This document shows positions 53,129-64,000 of a stretch of 64,000 bases of DNA, in pieces; position 1 is the first letter of the stretch; every line of letters starts with the position of its first letter. The stretch comes from Eledone cirrhosa (lineage: Eukaryota). Both the position numbers and the translations under genes were made by a program. The notes below the pieces were generated by a model. It saw nothing but the letters and a program-made list of their open reading frames with translations, did no database searches and was not told the origin of the DNA. The stretch covers positions 20,398,001 to 20,462,000 of the forward strand of contig OZ024755.1 of the NCBI GenBank assembly GCA_964016885.1. The letters are read 5' to 3'.

Positions 53129-53584
53129 TACCAGCTGTAGTACAGGCTACTGTACCGGCTCTAGTACAGGCTACTGTATGGGTTATAGTAAAGAGACCAG
53201 CAGCCAGTGGTCGACAGAGAGACAATCACCGGGGTGGGTGACAGACATATGAAATATAGAAAAGATTGAAAGAGGAGGATGGGGGAGGGGACAAGGAGAA
53301 TCGGGTTGATGCATAGAAGTGACTGGAAGAAGAAAATAAAGGCACCTACGCATCCTCACCCTCATCAGCTCCCAAACCAGGTTTTGATGTGTGTGTTTCT
53401 GTGGAAGACGGTGAGATGGATCTAGAGTATCGAGACTAATAATGTGGGATTACATAAATACTATCAATTAGGCACTATATTGATTTATCAAGGTCAATCA
53501 ACCCTCTGAAACGATCGTAAAACAATGAACTGATTAATCTCCAATCTCAATATTCGCCTTTTGTTTTCATTGTTCAACACACCG

Positions 53585-53628
<44 letters not shown>

Positions 53629-54203
53629 AAGAAAGAAAGAGGGAGAGAAAGAAAGAAGGGGGGAGAGAAAGAAAGAAAAAGAGAGAGAGAAAGAGAAAGA
53701 GAGAAGGGAGAAAGAAAGAAAAAGAGATAGAGAAAATGTCCTTGTTGTGGTTGTTTAAAGCCCAAGTCAACTGTGAAACGAACACATTTATATTCAAAGG
53801 AATTCTTGTGATGACTATCCTGTGTTTTATTCAAGTATAATGCATCTATGACTATGTACACCTCGTCCTTTATGATGGTTGATTATTAATTAAGGTAGAT
53901 TTGAGAGTATATTCCAAGCAGGTGATGCAACCACTTAGAATACCATTGTAATCTCATTAGTTTTCAATAGGAATTTCAGCAGATTCATGTTCCCACATTG
54001 TTGATAATATATCAGATTACTTATTAAGTTACAAACAATAGAGACTTGTGGTGAATATCAAACAATGGATTATTTTAACCTACACTCACTGAGAATGTAT
54101 AAGTGTGTATAGTCATTATTCACAAAGTCTTTCTAATAAATGACTGGAGAATATATCTCTGTGTCACCTGCTACATGAAATATTAAGAATTAGTACGTGT
54201 CAA

Positions 54204-54795
54204 GTCAGGCTTCTGCCTGCTACTGGTTCCCTGTAACCTAGCGCAACCTGCTTAATGGTCGAGTTGTCGGCGACCTCACCGGCTCCCCACAAGACCCTGG
54301 TGTGGTCAGCTCAGGCTTCTGCCTGCTACTGGTTCCCTGTAACCTAGCGCAACCTGCTTAATGGTCGAGTTGTCGGCGACCTCACCGGCTCCCCACAAGA
54401 CCCTGGTGTGGTCAGCTCAGGCTTATGTCTGCTACTGGTACCATGTAACCTAGCGCAACCTGCTTAATGGTCGAGTTGTCGGCGACTTCACCGGCTCCCC
54501 ACAAGACCCTGGTGTGGTCAGCTCAGGCTTATGTCTGCTACTGGTACCATGTAACCTAGCGCAACCTGCTTAATGGTCGAGTTGTCGGCGACCTCACCGG
54601 CTCCCCACAAGACCCTGGTGTGGTCAGCTCAGGCTTATGTCTGCTACTGGTACCATGTAACCTAGCGCAACCTGCTTAATGGTCGAGTTGTCGGCGACTT
54701 CACCGGCTCCCCACAAGACCCTGGTGTGGTCAGCTCAGGCTTATGTCTGCTACTGGTACCATGTAACCTAGTACAACATGCTTTATAATCGAGTG
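54204..54795. repeat. 106-bp GC-rich tandem array, about 5.5 copies, homologous to the family D head
   Basis: tcaggctt recurs at 54205, 54311 and 54417; the unit aligns with the reverse complement of 2050-2145. Confidence 0.93.
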
Positions 54796-54869
54796 GCCAG
54801 TGACTAAGCCGGTTCCCCTACTAGACTGCTCAGTTGAGGAGAGTAAATGGAACTCCAGTAGCACAAAAC

Positions 54870-55053
54870 ATTATTGTTTCTACTTTTCGCACAAGGCCAG
54901 CAATTATCCCAATACATTACTGGTACTTTATTTTATCGACCCCGTAAGGATGAAAGGCAAAGTTAAACTCGGCGGGATTTGAACTCAGACCTTAAAGGGC
55001 CGTAACTCTACGCTGCAAAGCATGGCGTCCGACCCTCTACCGATACTGCCAAT
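54870..55053 (-). mobile_element. SINE family A inserted in a family D element
   Basis: Family D-like sequence on both sides (gtgactaagccggttcccc before; ctcagagtcaacggccatcc after). Confidence 0.9.
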
Positions 55054-55217
55054 CAATGGCTGATAAACGGTCGGATGAATTCCTCAGAGTCAACGGCCAT
55101 CCACCCCAACTATGGGTTAAATAGCGTCACTAACCGCAATTGGCCAAGCGTAGTGAGTCCGGCTACAACTCTGACATGACCAAAGCCAAACTGAAAGCAG
55201 TGGTCAAGCAGGGATCG

Positions 55218-56287
55218 GTTCCTCCAACAAGAGCTACAAAGACTTAGATTGGATTGGATGGAGGTCAACCAGGAAGAGGTTCCTCCAACAAGGGCTATAA
55301 AGCCATAGATTGGATTGGGTGAGGTCAATCAGGAAGAGGTTCCTCCAACGGGAGCTATAAAACCATAGATTGGATTGGATGGAGGTCAACCAAGATGGAG
55401 TTCCTCCAACAAGGGCTAGAAAGCCATAGATTGGATTGGATGGAGGTCAACCAAGATGCAGTTCCTCCAACAAGGGCTAGAAAGCCATAGATTGGATGGA
55501 GGTCAACCAAGATGGAGTTCCTCCAACAAGGGCTAGAAAGCCATAGATTGGATTGGATGGAGGTCAACCAAGATGGAGTTCCTCCAACAAGGGCTAGAAA
55601 GCCATAGATTGGATTGGATGGAGGTCAACCAAGATGCAGTTCCTCCAACAAGGGCTAGAAAGCCATAGATTGGATTGGATGGAGGTCAACCAAGATTGAG
55701 TTCCTCCAACAAGGGCTAGAAAGCCATAGATTGGATTGGATGGAGGTCAACCAAGATTGAGTTCCTCCAACAAGGGCTAGAAAGCCATAGATTGGATTGG
55801 ATGGAGGTCAACCAAGATTGAGTTCCTCCAACAAGGGCTATAAAGCCATAGATTGGATTGGATGGAGGTCAACCAAGATTGAGTTCCTCCAACAAGGGCT
55901 AGAAAGCCATAGATTGGATTGGATGGAGGTCAACCAAGATTGAGTTCCTCCAACAAGGGCTATAAAGCCATAGATTGGATTGGATGGAGGTCAACCAAGA
56001 TTGAATTCCTCCAACAAGGGCTATAAAACCATAGATTGGATTGTATGGAGGTCAACCAAGATTGAATTCCTCCAACAAGGGCTAGAAAGCCATAGATTGG
56101 ATGGAGGTCAACCAAGATTGAATTCCTCCAACAAGGGCTAGAAAGCCATAGATTGGATTGGGTGAGGTCAACCAGGAAGGGGTTCCTCCAACAGGGGCTA
56201 GAAAGCCCTGGATCCGATTGGATGGAGGTCAATCAGGATGGGGTTCCTCCAACAAGAGGTAGAAGGCCCTGGATCCGATTGGATGGA
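55218..56287. repeat. 61-bp tandem array, about 17 copies
   Basis: Unit gttcctccaacaagggctagaaagccatagattggattggatggaggtcaaccaagatKga; some units lack one 5-bp ttgga. Confidence 0.95.
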
Positions 56288-56630
56288 AGTGTGCGTTAAC
56301 ACGTTTTTACTGCAGTTGAGACCCACAGATAAAACATCAGCAATGGAAAAATCAATGGGAATATAGTTTCCTTGGTTCGATCTGGAAAATCAATTTGTTT
56401 CCTTTCTGTTTCTAAAATGATTGGTGTGAGTGAGCATAGGAAGTTTAATTGGTGGGTGTTGCACCTTTAGTAATGATGTGGGGGGGGGGGGGGTAGGAAA
56501 GGTGAGGACACATATCTAAGATATATCTTCAAATAGCTCAACCTTAGTATAAATGTCCTCAGTAATTTAACTGAAGTCGACTTCTTGGATTTCATCCAAT
56601 ACCTTGAGTAGCAACTGTAAAGTAGTTATC

Positions 56631-56664
56631 GAGAGAGAGGGGGTGGAGGAGGGAGAGGAGAAGA

Positions 56665-56723
<59 letters not shown>

Positions 56724-56824
56724 AGATGGAGGGAGAGAGAGAGAGATGGAGAGAGAGAGCGAGAGAGATGGGGAGAGAGAGATGGAGAGAGAGAGAGATG
56801 GAGAGAGAGAGAGCGAGAGAGATG

Positions 56825-56863
<39 letters not shown>

Positions 56864-56906
56864 ATGGAGAGAGAGAGATGGAGGGAGGGAGAGAGAGAGA
56901 TGGAGG

Positions 56907-56940
<34 letters not shown>

Positions 56941-57010
56941 TGGAGAGATGGAGAGATGGAGAGAGAGAGAGAGAGATGGAGAGAGAGAGATGGAGAGAGA
57001 GAGATGGAGG

Positions 57011-57041
<31 letters not shown>
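56631..57041. repeat. (GA)n / (GAGATG)n purine-rich microsatellite
   Basis: Direct inspection. Confidence 0.95.
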
Positions 57042-57078
57042 CTCGACGGCTGTGCTCTTATCGTTTCGACAGCGAATT

Positions 57079-57126
<48 letters not shown>

Positions 57127-57181
57127 CTTCTCGTATTTATAATTGTATATAGATTATATATATTAATATATATATATATAA

Positions 57182-57540
57182 AGGCGGTGGATTGGCAGTA
57201 TCGGTAGAGGGTCGAACGCCATGCTTTCCAGCATAGTTACGTCCCTTTACGGTCTGAGTTCAAATCCCGCCGAGGTTAACTTTGCCTTTCATCCTTACGG
57301 GGTCGATAAAATAAAGTACCAGTAATGCACTGGGTAATTTGCTGGCCTTGTGCCTAACGTAGAAACAATTATTAATATATATATGCTTTGACTCATAAAG
57401 TTACGGCCCTTGCCATTCTGAGTTCGAATCCCGCCGAGGTTAACTTTGTCTTTCATCCTTACGGGGGTCGATAAAATAAAGTACCAGTAATACCTGGGTA
57501 ATTTCTGGCCTTGTGCCAAAAAGTAGAAAACAATTATTAT
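57182..57540 (+). mobile_element. Full-length SINE family A (57182-57372) followed by a 5'-truncated copy (57398-57540)
   Basis: Both end in agaaa(a)caattattaatatatat-like sequence. Confidence 0.93.
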
Positions 57541-58245
57541 TAATATATATATATATTAGTGCGTGTGTTAGCCTCTATGTCAACAAATCGATTTAAATTC
57601 TCTACTACGTGTGTGTGTATGTATGTATGTGTGTATGTATAAATATATAGTGACAGACAGACGGACGGACAGATAATGAAAGAAAGGGGAAAAAACAGAG
57701 AAAGGTGTAATGGATGTGGAATAGTTATTTTAAATTAATGCATAAGTGCTTGCATGCTTATTTGTGTATATGTTTCCGGTGATGCATAATCATACGCCGC
57801 CGTTTAAAGGGAAATCCTTTCTTTCAATACGAATGAAGTCGATTACACCAATACAAAGTTATTTCCTGCGTCTATTCAGAGGTGATTCGTCAGATTTACC
57901 TATATAGCGGCCAAGAAGGTTTTGCGGAAACATAAATAGCTCCAGTGAAATATCCGAAAACGTGTAATATTCTTGCATAATTAAATCTATTCCAGTCAAT
58001 AACTTCATTGGGAAAGGAAAGGAATCTGTCCCATTTTAGAACTACCATCATTAAGTGACATTATCAAGATAGAATCTGACGAGAGGTTTCGTGAAGCAGT
58101 TGCCTGAAATGATCTAAAAGATTCGAGACAAAATAATTGGACCGAATAATATGGTTGGAAAATATTGCGCAAAATGTCCACGTTGGACGGACGGACGATT
58201 GGACAGGCATATGCGTTGGTGGGATATATGCCTCTTAATGTATTA

Positions 58246-58274
<29 letters not shown>

Positions 58275-58276
<2 letters not shown>

Positions 58277-58479
58277 GGAACGAGTAGGACCCCGACGGCT
58301 GAGCTCAAGCCGTTTCGACGGCTAATTCTGAACTCAATTCTGTCCAGAATTAGCCGTCGAAACGGCTTGAGCTCAGCCGTCGGGGTCCTACTCGTTCCTA
58401 TTACCCACTCTACTACCCTAAGTATTGAGTACTTTGGTGTGTTATGGTCCACCTGGTTCCTTACCACATTTCCTCCGTT
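58275..58479 (+). mobile_element. Fold-back element family C, complete, within (TA)n
   Basis: Perfect arms of about 56 bp, taggaacgagtaggacccc...aattctg / cagaatt...ggggtcctactcgttccta, followed by the tail. Confidence 0.92.
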
Positions 58480-58562
58480 ATATATATATATATATATAGT
58501 GGTGGAACACTGGAAGGTAATATCCGTAGTGGTAGAGCACTCAGTCCAAGGGACGAGTTAGG

Positions 58563-58782
58563 TAGAAGTGGTTACACAACAGTTAGTTCACCATACCGAG
58601 AACAATTGTTTCGCCTTCGCGGATCTTCAGCAATATTGCCTGTGTGAAGTGACCGAGTTTCTGCGCATGCGCGTTCGTACGGTTGTCCTTCCTGTTCCTA
58701 TAACCATATACATCCCGAGCTGAAGATCCGCGAAGGCGAAACAATTGTTCTCGCTATGGAGAACTAATTGTTGTGTAACCAC

Positions 58783-58787
<5 letters not shown>
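58563..58787 (+). mobile_element. Penelope-like element terminus with inverted duplication; hammerhead motif at 58716-58753
   Basis: 69-bp arms at 58563-58631 and 58719-58787. Plus strand reads CGAG-CTGAAGA-TCCGCGAAGGC-GAAA-CAATTG-TT-CTCG, with stem I CGAG/CTCG, palindromic stem III and a weak stem II. Ends at (TA)n. Confidence 0.75.
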
Positions 58788-58845
<58 letters not shown>

Positions 58846-58848
58846 CAC

Positions 58849-59036
58849 ATTGTTATACTTGGGGAGGGTCATAGTGTTATAATATTGCCAGAAATAATAA
58901 TAAAATACACTCACTGTGTGTTTTTTTTATTATTAAATAATACAGAAGCGAAAACGAACCCGAACCAAACAGTGAGTGTGTTTTATAATTATTTCTGGCA
59001 ATATTATAACAATATGACCCTCCCAAGTCTAACAAT
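58849..59036. repeat. Inverted repeat (arms of about 68 bp), MITE-like or fold-back element
   Basis: attgttatacttggggagggtcata...cactcactgt / acagtgagtg...tatgaccctcccaagtctaacaat. Confidence 0.8.
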
Positions 59037-59354
59037 ATTTGTTTCGACTCACTATTTCATATAAAAAACCTTGCAAAACAAATATGTATATACATATATA
59101 TATATATATATGTGTGTGTGTGCAACCGGTTCCAGCAGTGATGCTTACGCTAGTTCCTTCAACTTATATATATATATGTGAAAAATGGTCGTTTTGGAAG
59201 CCTTTACGATGCAGATGGGCAAATCTCCGGATAACAGAATCAGTTCGCATGAGGAAGAAGGAAGTGAAATGTAGAAAGAGGCGTAAAAAGAAAACCAGAG
59301 ATAGATTTCCTTTAGAATAGATTTATTCTTTCCTATATTTCGGATTATACACCC

Positions 59355-59790
59355 TTGGTTGGGGGTTTCCGAAGGAAAATAGATATGTCGGGAAAGGAAC
59401 TCAGGAGAGTCAACGGCCTTCCAATAAAGGTTTTTTTTTTTTTTTTTTTTTGTGGAGCGAGAGACTCCTTGTCTTCATTAAGACATCTCTCTAGGAAAAG
59501 GTCACTCAGATATAAAACCTGCGACTTCGTTTGCATCCAATGATGTAGACCAGTTCTTTTGGGACAAATGCATTCGAATATTCGGAGAGTGAGATTGGCT
59601 CCGTGCAAAGCCTTGCCTCACTTAAAAAAGCTCCAAGCGCAGGCATTGCTTGATATGTAACATGTTTTGGTTACGCACGTTACTGCTGGCCATAGGCAAG
59701 TTCCTTACAGGACTAAAACTCCCCGTCCGTGTTGGCCCAGGCTTAAATGTCAAGCGATGGCATTACTCGAAATTGAGTTGCAGCCATCAG
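59355..59790 (+). mobile_element. Family D element body
   Basis: Colinear with 63300-63770 over about 400 bp (ggaactcaggagagtcaacggc...ggtcactc.gatataaaacctgcgacttcgtttgcatccaatgatgtagacc...cattactcgaaat). Confidence 0.85.
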
Positions 59791-59995
59791 GTGTGTGTGG
59801 TGTGTGGTGTGTGGTGTGTGGTGTGTGGTGTGTGGTGTGTGTGTGTGTGTGTGTGTGTGCATCTTCAATGCAGCAAAGTAAAGATTTTCGTTGATCTGTC
59901 ATTCATCAATGATCATACGTCATAAGTCTGACGTCATTAATCAATACCCCATTTATCAATTACTGACGTCACCAACTCTCTGCTTCCTTCCCTCA

Positions 59996-60031
<36 letters not shown>

Positions 60032-60098
60032 CAAGTAAACTTCTAATTACTCTGTTTTACTTCATTGGACTATATAACACATTACATACATTAACGTC

Positions 60099-60134
<36 letters not shown>

Positions 60135-60194
60135 CAACACATTACATACATTAATGTTTGTGTGTGTATATATATATGTATAAATATATATGTG

Positions 60195-60303
<109 letters not shown>

Positions 60304-61558
60304 TGCTAGCGTGCGTGCGTGCTAGCGTGCGTGCGTGCTAGCGTGCGTGCGTGCGTGCGTGCGTGCGCGTGTGTGTGCGTCTATGTATGTATATATATAT
60401 ATATATGTATATATACTTCAGAAATTATTTAATAAGATCATGATAAAGGAAACCCTCTCAGACAGTTCCAGATTTGTTAATTTAATTCTGCCGCTCGACA
60501 TTTAGACGGAGATAACCGGAGAAGTTGGTCTGTCGTTGATTGATTTATCAGAAAAATTTAGTAAGAGTTTTAATGTAGTCGCAGACTGATAGGAGCAAAC
60601 ATTGTATTATAGCTGAGTATTTGACAACGGGAAATGTTTGGTGGATTTTTTAACATTTCTGCTAAATCTATATATTATATGTCCTGTGTGTAGGTGTATT
60701 GTTGCGTGCTTGTTAATGTTAGTGTGTAAGTGTGTGGAAATATGAGTGCGTGCGCCTGTGTGAGTGTGTGTTTGTGTGTGTGAGAGTATGTGTTGGTGTG
60801 TGTGTGTTTGTGTGTGTGAGAGTATGTGTTGGTGTGTGTGTGTGTGTGTTGGTGTGTGTGCGTGTGAGTGTTAGTGTGTCTGTTTATGTGCGTGTTAGTG
60901 TATGTTTGAGTCCGAGAGTGTGTGTGTGTGAGTTTTAGTCTATGTGTGAGTGTCAGTGCGTGTGTCCGTGTTAGTGTATGTGCGAGTGTCAATGTAGGGT
61001 GCGTGTGTGCTTGTACAATTTGGCGTCTATGTGTGTGTGTGTGTGTGTTTATATGCATCTATTTAAAACATAATATAGATGTGTGTATGTGTATATGTGT
61101 GCGTATGTGTATGTATATATGTGTGTGTATACGGGAGGAAAATATTATAGTGATTTTGTGATTTGTCTATATCGATTGTTGGTGCCCTTTGCATTTGTCC
61201 AGATCATACCGCGTAGTAAATTCAGCTCTCAGCAAAATAATAAATTCATGATACATTTATAAATAAGACACTTTTGAGAATGAATTTCTATGATGATCAT
61301 CATCAGCATGATCGTGCTGGTGATGGTGCTGGTGCTGGGACTGGTACTGATGGTTGTGGTGCTGACACTAATGGTGATGGTCCTGGTGATATATTATTTT
61401 AAGAAATGACAGCATCAATTTGTATAGAGTAAGAGTTACAGAGGGTCAGAAGATCGGATCAGTATATTATTCGCCCTTACAAGCCCAGGTTTATTGAAAG
61501 GTAAATCGACCCTACGTTGGATTTGAACTCAGGAAGCTAGTGCATATGCAGTACCGTA

Positions 61559-61608
<50 letters not shown>

Positions 61609-61622
61609 TATATATATATATA

Positions 61623-61788
61623 TAGGAAAAGAGTCAAAACCCCGACGGCTGAGCTCCGGCCATTTCGACAGCTAGATCTAGCTGTCGAAACGACCGCAGC
61701 TCAGCCGTCGGGGTCCTGACTCTTTTCCTATTACCCACTCTACTACCTTAAGTATCGAGTACTCTGATGCGTTATGGTCCACCTAGTA
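61623..61788 (+). mobile_element. Fold-back element family C with a loopless palindromic centre
   Basis: Centre tcgacagctagatctagctgtcga; tail truncated; (TA)n on the left. Confidence 0.88.
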
Positions 61789-62280
61789 TGGAAAATCGGT
61801 AATTTTTCTAGGTTTGCTCCGTTGATTTTTTTTAAAAACCAAAGTTTCGCCGGAGATATATAAGCAAAATTTAATAAGCTGCGGCAGAGGTGGAGGCTGA
61901 AAAATTAATAAGTAGGGTTAACGATTATTGGAGATCCGTGAGTATATATAGAGTCATATATACACATTAGATGAATAATTGGTCGAACATTGGAGGAAAT
62001 CTGATCCATTGACATAAAAACGAACAAACAAGAAGCTGACATTATTCACACAAAGTTCAGTGACATCGATCATGATGTTTACAAAAGAGACAGAATAAGA
62101 CTCACTTCGGCCTGGGGTCGGTTTAGATTCGTAATATTACACACATTTACTGAAATATTATCTAATAATTTACTAAGCTGAAACTTTAAACGTTCTGTTT
62201 TAGGCCGAACGATGTACCGTCATGTAGAGCGTAAACTTCCGCAGAAGTTAAATCTGCAATTCAGTTTCAGTACCCAATGT

Positions 62281-62630
62281 GGTATTGTATGGTATGGTAT
62301 GGTAAGGTCCCGTAACCCCTGGTGGAGTTGTAGGGGCGCAGTAATGACATAGGTTTCTTGGGCGTTCTTTAAATCCTGGCGGAGCCCAATCCCCTCTCCG
62401 GGTCTGAATAACGCAGATTTCTTCGAGGTTAGGATAAAAAGTGAGAGAACGGAATTAAGAAAGAAATATACAGGAAGAATCGACCCCAGAACTTGACTGG
62501 TATTTTTTTTATCGACCTCGAATTGATAAAAGGCAAAATTGACCTCGACGGTATTTGAACTCAGAGAGCAGAAAGCCGAAACAAATACTACAAATCATTT
62601 TATCCGACGATCTAACGACTCGGCTAATTC
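62281..62630 (-). mobile_element. Long-tail SINE variant ending in (ATACC)n
   Basis: Homologous to 36013-36314; ggtat repeats at 62281-62304. Confidence 0.75.
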
Positions 62631-63071
62631 CCAATATAGCGTATCATAATTCGCCATGACACTAGTGCATTTCAGAAAGGAATGAAAATCACAATTGTAT
62701 CTCTTTTCCTGAAATTAGAACATACTTAAGAATTCATAACATCACGTGTAAAACGATATACGTGGCATTTACTAACCTCTGAAATCAAATCAATATGACT
62801 GTTCTTATCATTATAAAGTACATTTCTGGACCTTTTCATATCACATGGAGATACACAGGCAACAGAAATGGAGATAAATAGCTGCCTATCTTTACAGATG
62901 TGTACACTTTAATGAGGAAAGTATTAAGCTATGATTCAGAGGCGAACTGGTCAAAAACATCTTTTAATTATATAGGATATATTTTTGATGAGATTTTTAA
63001 ATAATATATGTTATGGATGAATGTGACAACTGAAATGTGAAGATAACGCACCATCATTGTATATCGATTTT

Positions 63072-63263
63072 AGGCGGTGGATTGGCACTATCGGTAGAGG
63101 GTCGGACGCCATGCTTTGCAGCAAAGAGTTACGGCCCTTTATGGTCTGAGTTCAAATCCCGCCAAGGTTAACTTTGCCTTCCATCCTTACGGGGTCGATA
63201 AATTAAAGTACCAGTAATGTACTGCGATAATTGCTGGCCTTGTGCCAAAAGTAGAAATAATTA
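63072..63263 (+). mobile_element. Full-length SINE family A
   Basis: ggcggtggattggcactatcgg through agtagaaataatt. Confidence 0.93.
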
Positions 63264-63285
63264 TATATACATTTTATAAAATATG

Positions 63286-63952
63286 TGACTAAACCGGCAA
63301 CCCCACCAAGCTTGCCTGGTGAGGGGGGTGAACTTGCACACCCTGCAAGATGAAAAGCGAAACCCGTCAAAGGACAGAGGAACTCAGGAGAGTCAACGGC
63401 TATCCAATAAAGTTTTTTTTTTTTTTTTTTTTTTTTTTTTGTAGAGATTCCTAGTCTTCATTAAGACATCTCTCTAGAAGGTCACTCTGATATAAAACCT
63501 GCGACTTCGTTTGCATCCAATGATGTAGACCAGCTCTTCTTTTTGAGAAAATGCATTCGATGTTCAGAGAGTGGGAATGGCCTCGTGCAAAGCCTTTCGT
63601 CACTTAAAAAACTTTCAAGCCCAGGCATCACTTGATATGTGACATTTTTTGCGATATATGGTATTGCTGACTATAGGCAAGTCTCTAGCAGGACTAAAAA
63701 TACATACCCATGATGCTCATGCTTAAGTATCAAGCGATGCCATTACTCGAAATCGAGTTTCAAGCATTATGTATGAATGTAGCATGTATATATGTATGTA
63801 TTATATATGTCTCATGGTCGGGTCGTTGGCGACTAAACTGGCAACCCCACCAAGGTTTCTTGGTGAGGAGGGTGACTTTCGCCATCCTGCAGGACTAAAA
63901 ACAAAACCTGTCAAAGGGCAAAGGAGCTCTTAAGAGTCAATGGCCATCCAAA
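63286..63952 (+). mobile_element. Two family D copies (63286-63770 and 63808-63952)
   Basis: Both start with the gactaaac.ggcaaccccaccaag head and include gagtcaaYggcYatccaa. Confidence 0.85.
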
Positions 63953-64000
63953 ATCACCGGGAGAGATGACCCCTTAGCCTTTGTCAAAGCAGAATTCTAG

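Noticed and set aside
55110-56232. ORFs in the 61-bp array
   Set aside because: The unit length is not a multiple of three, so the ORFs are incidental.

Overview
AT-rich, repeat-dense eukaryotic non-coding DNA, either intronic or intergenic. I infer an octopod cephalopod source because the dominant tRNA-derived SINE resembles the abundant Octopus SINE as I recall it; I could not run a database search. No convincing intact protein-coding gene is present. Nearly all ORF-track entries are translations of microsatellites, satellites or SINEs, and there is one possible minus-strand exon near 13.8-14.0 kb. The window contains about 30 copies or fragments of one SINE family (three with clear target-site duplications), a second SINE family, RTE-type LINE 3' ends and RTE-like non-autonomous elements, hAT and Tc1/mariner MITEs, a Helitron-like 3' end, a retroposed 5S rRNA copy, a tRNA-like cloverleaf, and five larger tandem arrays (49, 64, 27, 106 and 61 bp units). 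Four signals stand out. (1) At least five minimal type I hammerhead-ribozyme motifs of the Penelope-like-element kind, each with a palindromic stem III; one has a compensatory U3-A8 core and one lies inside an inverted repeat. (2) A fold-back element family associated with (TA)n tracts, whose two arms co-vary within each copy. (3) A 5S retrocopy ending in a SINE-like tail. (4) Satellites that appear to have been amplified from pieces of local retroelements. All coordinates were read by eye and may be off by a few bases.
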